From: an uncultured Chloroflexia bacterium | GTDB taxonomy: Bacteria; Chloroflexota; Limnocylindria; Limnocylindrales; CSP1-4 | NCBI GenBank assembly: GCA_963713975.1 | Contig: OY970218.1 | Location: 256,001-320,000 of the forward strand | Length of the DNA: 64,000 nucleotides | Reading direction: 5' to 3' | Part shown: positions 55,690-64,000 of the stretch, in pieces | How the letters are laid out: each line of letters opens with the position of its first letter | Position numbering within the stretch: position 1 is the first letter of the stretch | Made by a program: the position numbers and the translations under genes | The notes under the pieces: model-generated | The model's input: only the letters and a program-made list of their open reading frames with translations | Told to the model about the DNA's origin: nothing | The model's database searches: none

Positions 55690-56720
55690 CAGCACCACCC
55701 CCGGAACGAGACCGGACCCGCTTCCTCCAGCGCCTCGAGGCGACGGGAGGCGGCTTCGACGTCGAGGTCCCCGCGCTCGAGTGCCCGGAGCACGCTCAGC
55801 CGCTCCGCCTCGCGCCGGTCGACCACGGGCTCGGCGGCGTTCCAGGGCTGGGTGTCATCGTCGCCGGCCAGGCGGGGTGAGGCGATCGGCGCGGTGGCCG
55901 GCGGTGGCACGGGTGGCGCCGGCGCGACCGGGTCCCCCGGCACGCGGAGCCGGATGTCACCCGACGTCGTGTGGACGGTGAGGGTCACGGACCCGTCGCC
56001 CACCACGAGCGTCCGGCGACCCCGGCCACCCTCCGTGGCGTGCGGTCCCGTTGCCCGGATGTCCCCGGCGATCGTCTGGGCCTCGAGTCGCACGGCGCTC
56101 CGGGTGATCACGTCGACGTCACCCGACACCGAGTTGATCGCGTGCCGGGCGCCGGTGGCGAGGTCACCCTCCACCCGGACGTCCCCGCTGGTGGTGCTGG
56201 CGTCCAAGGAGTCGAGTCGGGGGGCCCGGACCGCCATGTCACCGGACACGGTGCGTGCCGTCAGGGCGATCGAGGTCGAGGCCTCCAACACGGCATCGCC
56301 CGACATCGACTCAAGGTGCACCGGCCCGGCCGTGACCGCGACCCGCAGATCGCCCGACGCGGACGCCCACCGGCTGGCGCCGCCGATCCCGTGGGCCTCG
56401 ACGTCACCACTCAACGTGCGCAGGGACACGGTCGCGGTCCTTGGCACGTCGATGTCGAGGTCCGGGGCGTGGCGGGTCTGGAGCCGGATCGGCCCCAGCC
56501 GGAAGGTGCCTTCGCCATCCCGGATCCGGACGACGCCGGAGGCGGCCTCGAGGCGGATGCCGTCGTCGAGGGGCGCCCCGCCCCGGCTCCGGATGATCAC
56601 GCGATCGCCGTCGATCCCGCGGACCCGCAGGTCGCTGGCCGCCAGGACGATCTCCACGGACCCGCCCGGGTCCAGGGGCAGCTCGCGGACTGCCGCCGCG
56701 TTGGCCACGGTGCTCGTCAT
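55689..56720 (-). CDS. DUF4097 (Toastrack) beta-repeat protein with C-terminal SHOCT-like helix
   Basis: Repeated (T/S)xSGD motifs; RLSVLRALERGDLDVEAA. Confidence 0.82.
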   Translation of the reverse strand: MTSTVANAAAVRELPLDPGGSVEIVLAASDLRVRGIDGDRVIIRSRGGAPLDDGIRLEAASGVVRIRDGEGTFRLGPIRLQTRHAPDLDIDVPRTATVSLRTLSGDVEAHGIGGASRWASASGDLRVAVTAGPVHLESMSGDAVLEASTSIALTARTVSGDMAVRAPRLDSLDASTTSGDVRVEGDLATGARHAINSVSGDVDVITRSAVRLEAQTIAGDIRATGPHATEGGRGRRTLVVGDGSVTLTVHTTSGDIRLRVPGDPVAPAPPVPPPATAPIASPRLAGDDDTQPWNAAEPVVDRREAERLSVLRALERGDLDVEAASRRLEALEEAGPVSFRGWC

Positions 56721-57154
56721 CGGACACTCCTTCCTAGCGCGCGGATCGCCTCGGCGGCCTCCTCGGCGCTCAGCTCGTGACCGGCAAGGCGCTCGAGGAT
56801 GTCGCGCCGGCCGGCCTGGATCGCATCGGCGGTCGCTGCGCCACCGGGTGCGGTTCCCGCGTTGGACGAAGGCTCCGCCTCGTCACGTGGTCCGAACCCC
56901 AGGGCTCGGACGAGCGCCTCCACGCGCGCGCGGACCGTGGGGTAGCTGATGCCCAGCTCACGCTCCATGTCGCGGAGGTTCCCCCGGCTGCGCAGGAAGC
57001 TCTCCAGGACCTGGGTCTGCTCACGGGTCAGGCTGGCGAAGCGTCCCACCCCGAACTCCCCCTCGATGGTCGTCCCGCAGCTGCCGCAGCGCAGTCGCGT
57101 CACCGCGAGCTCGCCCACGCAGACGGGGCAGGTGGCGATGACATCGTGGGGCAC
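56717..57154 (-). CDS. DUF2089 family Zn-ribbon/HTH protein
   Basis: CPVC..RLRC..CGTTIEG.F, GNLRDM..ELGISYPTVR, C-terminal SHOCT-like. Confidence 0.88.
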   Translation of the reverse strand: MPHDVIATCPVCVGELAVTRLRCGSCGTTIEGEFGVGRFASLTREQTQVLESFLRSRGNLRDMERELGISYPTVRARVEALVRALGFGPRDEAEPSSNAGTAPGGAATADAIQAGRRDILERLAGHELSAEEAAEAIRALGRSVR

Positions 57155-57190
57155 GGCTCGGTCCTCATTAGTAGGTCGTCGATATTCGGT

Positions 57191-57219
57191 TTTATAAAGT
57201 GTCTTTGCCTTTTTGTCAA
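57191..57219 (-). promoter_or_regulatory. Near-consensus sigma-70 promoter
   Basis: TTGACA-17 bp-TATAAA in a conspicuous AT-rich patch. Confidence 0.8.
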
Positions 57220-57399
57220 TACCCATGACCAGATAGAGGTGTTCGGCGCGATGGAGTGGCGGAGCTGGCTGACCCCGAGACCCACGGGGCCTGCGCCTGC
57301 GCTACCCTTCTGGCATGCCTACAACCTGATCCCGACCGCGGTCCGGAGCGCCGCACAACCGCACGAGACACGATGCGGAGAAGTCAGACGGAGGGCCTC

Positions 57400-58152
57400 A
57401 TGACGATCCTCGATCGCGCGCGTGGGGCGCGCATGATCCGCATCGATACCAACCAGTTCGCCGACGAGCTGGCCCGAAGGCTGCCGGACACGACCGATGT
57501 CGATCCCGTCGCGTGGGCGACCGGCGCCGCCCACGACGCGGCCGGGACTGCCCGGGACCAGCTCGGGCGGGCGACCGACCTCGCGCGCGATCTCGGCCGC
57601 GATCTGGTCAAGGCCGGCGGTGACCTGCGTCTCGATGGCCGCATGGACGAGATCGCTCAGCGGATCCGGGCGGGCGGCACGCCCACCGCGCTGCGTGCCC
57701 TCGTTGCCCGCCTGGAGCGCGAGCTGCCGGACACCGATCGTGATCGGTATGACCGTGCCTATGCGCGCGGCTGGGTCCGGGCCCGCTCCACCTACCTCGT
57801 CCTCGGGCTGGCCGCCGGCATCGGCGCAGGCGTGGTGGCCGCGGTGCTCCTCGACCCCAAGCGCGGCCCGGCGCGGCGGGAGCGGATCGCGGCCAGGACC
57901 AGCAGCCTCACCCAAGGTCTCACGGACAAGGTCGGCGTCACCGTCAAGGACGTGTCGGAGCGCGCCCGTGGCGTCGCGGCCGAGCGTGGCCTCATCAAGT
58001 CCGCAACGGATGAAGCCGTCCCGTCCGTCGTTGCGGAAGCGTCGGAGACCGTCGAGTCTGCCGCCGAGTCGCTCGAGTCCGCCATGGGCGAGACCGCGGA
58101 CAGGGTCGCCGAGACCGCCGAGACCGTCGTCGAGACCGCTCAGCCCGCATAG
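57400..58152 (+). CDS. YtxH-like membrane-anchored stress protein
   Basis: TM then LLDPKRG..RRERI; acidic Ala/Glu/Thr-rich helical tail. Confidence 0.65.
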   Translation: MTILDRARGARMIRIDTNQFADELARRLPDTTDVDPVAWATGAAHDAAGTARDQLGRATDLARDLGRDLVKAGGDLRLDGRMDEIAQRIRAGGTPTALRALVARLERELPDTDRDRYDRAYARGWVRARSTYLVLGLAAGIGAGVVAAVLLDPKRGPARRERIAARTSSLTQGLTDKVGVTVKDVSERARGVAAERGLIKSATDEAVPSVVAEASETVESAAESLESAMGETADRVAETAETVVETAQPA

Positions 58153-58166
58153 GGACGACCTCGTCC

Positions 58167-59417
58167 GTGCCGGCCCCAGGCTCCCTACCGATCCGGCGCC
58201 TCTACCGTGACGGCGCACTCGCCGATGGTCGGAGCGACCGGCTGCGGGTCGGCGTCTCCGTCCTCGTGGATGACGGGCGGATCTCGTGGATCCGGCCCTC
58301 GGACGACGAGGGGCCCGTGCTCGACCCAGCCGGGACGGCGATCATCGACGCCTCGGGCTCGACCATCGTCCCGGGCATGGTGGACGCGCACAGCCACCTG
58401 ACGATGCCCGGCGGCGCGCACTGGATCGACCGCGCCTCTGACCCGACCGAGGTGCTGCTCGAGGTTGCCGAATTGAACGCCGGCCTGCTCACCCGGGCCG
58501 GGGTCCGCTGGGCGCGCGACGTCGGCTCGGTGACCCGCCGTGACCTGTACGACGTCGGGCGGTCGCGGGCCGTGGCGATCAGGGTCCGGGACCGGTGGGC
58601 TGACCGTCCCGGCTACCCGCACGTGCGCGCAGCCGGGACCTGGATCATGGCCTCGGGCCTGATGCCTGCGCTCTCTGTGGAGGCGGCGAACGCGGACGAG
58701 CTCCTCGCGGCAGCGATGACGCAGCTGGACGACGGGGCGGACATCGTCAAGCTCTACCTCGACGGGCCGGATCCCGGCACCAGCCCCTGGACGGCGGACG
58801 AGCTGCGACGCGTCGTGACCGCGGTCCATGACCGGACCTGTCGCGTGACCGCACACAGCGGGTACCTGGCGGGCGCACGGGCCGGCGCCGAGGCGGGCGT
58901 CGATGCCCTGGAGCACGGCTTCGAGCTGGATGAGACGACAGCGCGAGTCATGGCCGCGAACGGCGTCAGGCTCGTGTCCACGCTGTGCGTGCTCGCCTCG
59001 TGGCGGACGTTCGGTCACACGACCACGATCCCGCGCTTCGCCTCGGACGAGGGCCGCGCCAGGGTCGAGGCTCGTCGGGAGCGCGCAATGGAGTCCGTGC
59101 GGATCGCCCATCGGGCCGGCGTGGCGATCGCGACGGGGACCGACTTTGGGGGCGGCTCGACGCGGGCGAACCAGCTCGCGTGGGAGGTGGAGCAGCTCGT
59201 GGAGGCCGGCCTCGAGCCGTGGGAGGCCCTTGCCTCGGCGACGTGGCGCGGCGGCGAGCTGCTGGGTGAGCCCGATGCCGGCACCCTGCGAGAGGGCGGG
59301 CCGGCCGACCTGGTGCTCGTGCACGGCGACCCGCTGTCCGACCCATCGGCACTGTGGCGCGTGTGGCACGTGAGCTGGGCGACGTCCGATACCACGGGCC
59401 CGGGCGCGCATTCCTGA
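58167..59417 (+). CDS. Metal-dependent amidohydrolase
   Basis: PGMVDAHSH, VKLY, AH, EHG, GTD, ADLVLV. Confidence 0.88.
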   Translation: MPAPGSLPIRRLYRDGALADGRSDRLRVGVSVLVDDGRISWIRPSDDEGPVLDPAGTAIIDASGSTIVPGMVDAHSHLTMPGGAHWIDRASDPTEVLLEVAELNAGLLTRAGVRWARDVGSVTRRDLYDVGRSRAVAIRVRDRWADRPGYPHVRAAGTWIMASGLMPALSVEAANADELLAAAMTQLDDGADIVKLYLDGPDPGTSPWTADELRRVVTAVHDRTCRVTAHSGYLAGARAGAEAGVDALEHGFELDETTARVMAANGVRLVSTLCVLASWRTFGHTTTIPRFASDEGRARVEARRERAMESVRIAHRAGVAIATGTDFGGGSTRANQLAWEVEQLVEAGLEPWEALASATWRGGELLGEPDAGTLREGGPADLVLVHGDPLSDPSALWRVWHVSWATSDTTGPGAHS

Positions 59418-59424
59418 TACGAGA

Positions 59425-59450
59425 ACTGCCGCGCCTCGTGGCGCGGCAGT
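59425..59450. terminator. Hairpin between convergent genes
   Basis: ACTGCCGCGCC-TCGT-GGCGCGGCAGT, 11-bp perfect stem, no U tract. Confidence 0.55.
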
Positions 59451-59476
59451 CCATGTTCCCAGCCGGTCGCCCTTGG

Positions 59477-60349
59477 TCAGGGCATCGTGGCCTGGTACCC
59501 CACCTGGAGCGCGCCGCCGTCATCGCGCAGCTCGAGGCTGCCGTTGACGAAGTCGAAGGTCGTGGCCGCCTCCAACGCCGCGTAGTACGCGGCCTCTTGG
59601 GTGTTGACGTCCTCCGCGCACGCCTTCAAGGTGCCGGCGATCGGGCCGATCTTGATGCTCGTCCCATCGACGGTGTAGGGGCCGCTGTACTCGTTGCAGC
59701 CGCCCGAGCCCGCCACCGTGCCGTCCTCGGCGAAGATCGCGGTCACCTCGACGCCGCCCATGATGCTCACGACGGCCTGCTTGCCGTTGTTGATGCCAGT
59801 CGCCAGCCAGCGCGTCCCGGTCAACGTCGGGACAGCGGCCGCTGCGAACTTGAGGCCAACCTTTCCATCGGCGGTCTTGAGCTCGAGGGTGTCGCCCATG
59901 ACGGACCAGGTCTCAACCCTGCCGAGCAGGCCCGTGAACGCCGTCTCGAGTGCGTTCTGGACGTCGCCGCAGGCCATCCTCGTCATGGCCAGCGGGCCGA
60001 CCTTGATCGTGTCGCCATCGAGCGTGTAGGTCCCGTTGTAGTTGTTGCAGCCGCCGGTGCCGGAGACGGTTCCGCCCTCGAACGATGCGGTGGCGGCCAG
60101 CTTGTCCGGGACGGGAACGGTGTTGCCCTGGGGCCCGGCGTATTCGGTCAGCTGCCAGGTGGTGCCCTCGATGGCCGGCGCAGCACCGGGGGCCGAGGAC
60201 GGCGCCTCGGCGCTGGCGGCCGGTGAGGCAGCGTCCGTGGCGGCGGACCCGCCGCCGCTCGAGCAGGCGGCGAGGACGAGTGCCACGGCGGCGATGGGCA
60301 CGGCGAGACGGAGGGTGGTGCGACCCCCCGTGGGGCGTTGTCGATCCAA
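59477..60349 (-). CDS. Lipoprotein with two META (HslJ-like) domains
   Basis: Lipobox LAAC; two GxGGCN.Y.G and T.xAC repeats; TTG start after AGGAGAGG (alternative ATG 60370). Confidence 0.85.
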   Translation of the reverse strand: MDRQRPTGGRTTLRLAVPIAAVALVLAACSSGGGSAATDAASPAASAEAPSSAPGAAPAIEGTTWQLTEYAGPQGNTVPVPDKLAATASFEGGTVSGTGGCNNYNGTYTLDGDTIKVGPLAMTRMACGDVQNALETAFTGLLGRVETWSVMGDTLELKTADGKVGLKFAAAAVPTLTGTRWLATGINNGKQAVVSIMGGVEVTAIFAEDGTVAGSGGCNEYSGPYTVDGTSIKIGPIAGTLKACAEDVNTQEAAYYAALEAATTFDFVNGSLELRDDGGALQVGYQATMP

Positions 60350-60471
60350 TTCCTCTCCTTGATTGGTCATGCGGGGATGGCCGCGGTGCGGCACGCGCGC
60401 CCAGACGCCGCGAGCAGGCGCCAGGTTCCGGGCCAGAATAGGGCCGTTGACGCGTGACGGCTCGCGACGCC

Positions 60472-61308
60472 CTACCGGCGTGGCAGGTCGACGGTCTCGC
60501 CCGGGGCGAGGATCCGGACCGGGACGTCCGGGGCCAGCCGGGCGGCGGCCTCCGCGAAGGCAGCCCCTGGCGATTCGAACGGGGCCGGCAGGACCCGTCG
60601 CAACCCCGCCGGGTAGAAGGTCCCCCAGTGGATGGGGATGGCGAGGGCCGGACGCAGGATCGCCGCCGCCCTGGCGGCGCGCTCAGGATCCATGTGCCCG
60701 GGGCCGATGTTCGGGCCCCAGCCCCACACGGGCAGCATGGCGACGTCAAGCGTCCCCGCGAGGTCCGCCATCCCCGGGAACAGGTCGGTGTCGCCGGGGA
60801 AGTAGATGCTGCGTGAGCCCTCGATCACGCACCCGATTGGCGGACCCTCCGGCCCGAACGGCTCCCGACGCCCGGAATGCAGCGCCTCGATCACCGAGAA
60901 GTGGACCCGGTCGATGGTCAGTCGGTCGCCGGGCTCGACCTCCTCCACGGGCCCCAGGCCCACCTTGCCGACCACGCCACCGAATCCTCGCGGGACGATG
61001 ACTGTCGGCCTGCCCGGGATCTGGCGCAGCGATGCGGCATCGAGGTGGTCGTGGTGGCCATGGCTGATGAAGACGGCATCGAGATCCGCGAACAGCTCGG
61101 GTAGCACGGCCTGCACCTGGCGTCGGATGGGACCCATTCCGGCACGCAGGACCGGGTCCGTCAGGATCCGCAGGTCGTCCACCTCGATCAGCACCGTCGC
61201 GTGGCCGAGGAACGTCAGGCGCGCATGGCGTGGTCCCGCCGCCTCGGCCGGCGCAGCCGCCCGAATGGCGCGCCAGGGGTGGTCGACGGCGGCATGACGA
61301 TGCGGCAT
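60472..61308 (-). CDS. MBL-fold metallo-hydrolase
   Basis: FLGHAT, TDP, SHGHHDHLD, GDT, PIHWGT; start uncertain. Confidence 0.85.
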   Translation of the reverse strand: MPHRHAAVDHPWRAIRAAAPAEAAGPRHARLTFLGHATVLIEVDDLRILTDPVLRAGMGPIRRQVQAVLPELFADLDAVFISHGHHDHLDAASLRQIPGRPTVIVPRGFGGVVGKVGLGPVEEVEPGDRLTIDRVHFSVIEALHSGRREPFGPEGPPIGCVIEGSRSIYFPGDTDLFPGMADLAGTLDVAMLPVWGWGPNIGPGHMDPERAARAAAILRPALAIPIHWGTFYPAGLRRVLPAPFESPGAAFAEAAARLAPDVPVRILAPGETVDLPRR

Positions 61309-61620
61309 CCGGCCATGTTGCCGTGAATCGCCGCGGGCCGTCGACCGGCGACCGACCACGGATCCCGAGGGGACGGCGGCCGGAGCCCCGGCCGGGACGT
61401 GTCCGAGGGGCCGCTCGGCCCGGGCATGGGTGCCGGACGGCTCGCAGGTCCCGCCCAATCCGTGACCCGCGAACCACTCCTCAGGGACCGATCGCCCGCC
61501 CGCGTCGCCGCCCAGTGGCGCAAACTGGGCAGTGGCCTCGCAGCGCCTCGGCCTGCAGGTCCCGGTCCCGTCGCCACCAACACCGGGTGGCATGTGTCAC
61601 CCGAAAGGACGCAGACACTG

Positions 61621-64000
61621 ATGAGTCAGCACTGGGAGTGCCTTGACGGCAACGAGGCGGCCGCACGCGCCGCCTACGCCATGAGCGAGGTCATCTCCAT
61701 CTACCCGATCACCCCGGCCTCGCCCATGGCCGAGTACTGCGACGACTGGGCGGCGGCGCACAAGCCCAACCTGTGGGGCACCGTCCCGTCGGTCGTCGCG
61801 ATGCAGTCCGAGGCCGGAGCCGCGGGGGCGGTGCACGGGTCGCTCCAGAAGGGTGCCCTGACGACAACGTTCACGGCGTCGCAGGGCCTGCTCCTGATGA
61901 TCCCGAACATGTTCAAGATCGCCGGCGAGCTGACGCCCGCGGTCATCCACGTGGCGGCGCGCACGCTCGCGACCCACGCGCTCTCGATCTTCGGTGACCA
62001 CAGCGACGTGATGCATGCCCGGGCGACGGGCTGGGCGATGCTGGCCGCGGGATCGGTCCAGGAGGCGCACGATTTCGCCGCCGTGGCCCACGCCGCGACG
62101 CTCCGGTCCCGGGTGCCGTTCCTTCACTTCTTCGACGGCTTCCGGACGAGCCACGAGGTCAACAAGATCGCGATGCTGACGCCGGAGAACCTCCGCGCGC
62201 TCATCCGCGAGGACGACGTCCTGGCCTTCCGCCGCCGTGGCCTCACCTCGGAGACCCCGGTCGTGCGCGGTACTGCGCAGAACCCGGACGTCTTCTTCCA
62301 GGCCCGTGAGGCCTGCAACCCCTTCCACGATGCCGTGCCGGCAATCGTGCAGGAGGTCATGGACGAGTTCGCCGCGCAGACGGGGCGACGCTACTCGCTG
62401 GTGGAGTACCGGGGCGCACCGGACGCGGACCGCGTGGTCGTCGTCATGGGCTCGGGCACCGGCGCCGTGGAGGAGACCGTCGAGACGATGGTCGCCGCCG
62501 GCGAGAAGGTCGGCGCGATCGTCATCCGCCTGTTCCAGCCCTTCCCCGTTGCTCAGCTGATGGCAGCCCTGCCGAAGACCACGAAGCAGATCGCGGTCCT
62601 CGACCGGACCAAGGAGCCGGGCGCGGTCGGCGAGCCGATGTACCAAGCGGTCATCACGGCCCTGGCCGAGGCGCAGGACAGCGACGAGCCGCCCTTCGCC
62701 GTCGCGCCCAAGATCATCGGCGGCCGCTACGGGCTCTCCTCCAAGGAATTCACCCCGTCGATGGTGAAGCCCATCTTCGACGAGATGCTGGCCGCCAGGC
62801 CCAAGCGCCACTTCACCGTCGGCATCTATGACGATGTGACGCACCTCTCGCTGCCGATCTCCTCGACGTTCACGCACCCGCGCCCGGCGGGCGAGGTCCA
62901 GGCGCTGTTCTTCGGTCTCGGCTCGGACGGCACCGTTGGCGCGAACAAGTCATCGGTCAAGATCATCGGTGAAGGCACGGACCTGTTCGCCCAGGGCTAC
63001 TTCGTGTACGACTCGAAGAAGTCCGGCTCGGTCACGTCGTCGCACCTGCGGTTTGGCCCGCAGCCGATCCGGTCCACCTACCTCGTGGACGATGCGGACT
63101 TCGTGGCCTGCCACCAGTTCGGCCTGCTCGAGAGCGTCCCGATGCTGGATCGCGCCAAGCACGGTGCGACGTTCCTGCTCAACTCGCCCTACGGCCCGGA
63201 CGAGGTCTGGGACAGCCTCCCGACCGGCGTCCAGCAGCAGCTCGTGGACAAGCGGATCAACCTGTGGGTGATCGACGCCATGGCGGTGGCCGCCGAGACC
63301 GGCATGGGCAACCGCATCAACACCATCATGCAGCCCTGCTTCTTCCACCTCTCCGGCGTCCTGCCGGCCGAGGAGGCGATCACCCGGATCAAGGAGTTCG
63401 TCAAGAAGACGTACGGCAAGCGCGGCGACGCCGTGGTCCAGCGCAACTACGCGGCCATCGACGCCTCCATCGCCCGCCTGGGCAAGGTGACGCTGGGCAC
63501 GGTCAGCACCGACCAGGCTCTGCGCCTGCTCGTTCCCGAGACCGCGCCGGACTTCGTCCAGCAGGTCACGGCCCGGCTCATGGCCGGCGAGGGTGACCTC
63601 CTGCCGGTCAGTGCGCTGCCGGTGGACGGCACGTTCCCGACCGGCACCACCCGGTATGAGAAGCGGGCGATCGCCCAGCAGATCCCGGTCTGGGACGAGA
63701 CCATCTGCATCGACTGCGGCAAGTGCGCCATGGTCTGCCCCCATGCGTCGATCCGGATGAAGGTGTTCCCCGAAGCGGAGACGCCGGACCTCGCCGGGTT
63801 CGTCACCAAGGAGTTCAAGTCCCGCGACCTGCCGGGGCACCGCCTCACGATCCAGGTTGCCCCGGACGACTGCACCGGCTGTGGCGTGTGCGTGGACGTC
63901 TGTCCTGCCAAGAGCAAGACCGACGCCGGCCACAAGTCCATCAACATGGCACCGTACCTCGAGCATCGAGACGTGGAGCGCCAGCGCTGGGATGCCTTCC
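61621..64000 (+). CDS. nifJ: Pyruvate:ferredoxin (flavodoxin) oxidoreductase, 5' part (runs off window)
   Basis: DGNEAAA, YPITP, MQSE, TFTASQGLLLM, GLGSDGTVGA, CIDCGKC, CTGCGVC; AAAGGA RBS; absent from the ORF track because it has no stop in the window. Confidence 0.95.
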   Translation, partial: MSQHWECLDGNEAAARAAYAMSEVISIYPITPASPMAEYCDDWAAAHKPNLWGTVPSVVAMQSEAGAAGAVHGSLQKGALTTTFTASQGLLLMIPNMFKIAGELTPAVIHVAARTLATHALSIFGDHSDVMHARATGWAMLAAGSVQEAHDFAAVAHAATLRSRVPFLHFFDGFRTSHEVNKIAMLTPENLRALIREDDVLAFRRRGLTSETPVVRGTAQNPDVFFQAREACNPFHDAVPAIVQEVMDEFAAQTGRRYSLVEYRGAPDADRVVVVMGSGTGAVEETVETMVAAGEKVGAIVIRLFQPFPVAQLMAALPKTTKQIAVLDRTKEPGAVGEPMYQAVITALAEAQDSDEPPFAVAPKIIGGRYGLSSKEFTPSMVKPIFDEMLAARPKRHFTVGIYDDVTHLSLPISSTFTHPRPAGEVQALFFGLGSDGTVGANKSSVKIIGEGTDLFAQGYFVYDSKKSGSVTSSHLRFGPQPIRSTYLVDDADFVACHQFGLLESVPMLDRAKHGATFLLNSPYGPDEVWDSLPTGVQQQLVDKRINLWVIDAMAVAAETGMGNRINTIMQPCFFHLSGVLPAEEAITRIKEFVKKTYGKRGDAVVQRNYAAIDASIARLGKVTLGTVSTDQALRLLVPETAPDFVQQVTARLMAGEGDLLPVSALPVDGTFPTGTTRYEKRAIAQQIPVWDETICIDCGKCAMVCPHASIRMKVFPEAETPDLAGFVTKEFKSRDLPGHRLTIQVAPDDCTGCGVCVDVCPAKSKTDAGHKSINMAPYLEHRDVERQRWDAF

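Overview
Very GC-rich bacterial chromosomal segment, probably Chloroflexota (inferred from gene style and a small SWIM-finger protein; not verified). It carries about 64 genes. I saw no tRNA, rRNA, CRISPR array or transposase. From left to right: a group 1/2 sigma-70 factor with a large non-conserved insert, divergent from a candidate ~210-nt structured RNA and a CsoR-type operator; a two-component system with GtrA and GT39; a ~15-kb purine/ureide catabolic cluster (two molybdenum hydroxylases, SsnA, an atypical PreA/DHOD-like flavoprotein, two PLP fold-II enzymes, two divergent carbamoyltransferases, one YgeW-like); glutamate decarboxylase; an arsenic island (MerR-ArsC fusion, frameshifted metallophosphoesterase, TSUP, two ArsR, ArsP, thioredoxin); a GcvT-like/phytoene-desaturase-like pair; two DEAD-box helicases; a HipA-like kinase/DUF3037 module; an ApbE-ferric reductase locus with two tiny Pro/Thr-rich membrane proteins, a two-component system, ferredoxin and FNR; a DUF2089-DUF4097-SHOCT operon; and the 5' part of pyruvate:ferredoxin oxidoreductase. 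Many genes look leaderless. All calls come from reading motifs by eye; no searches were run.
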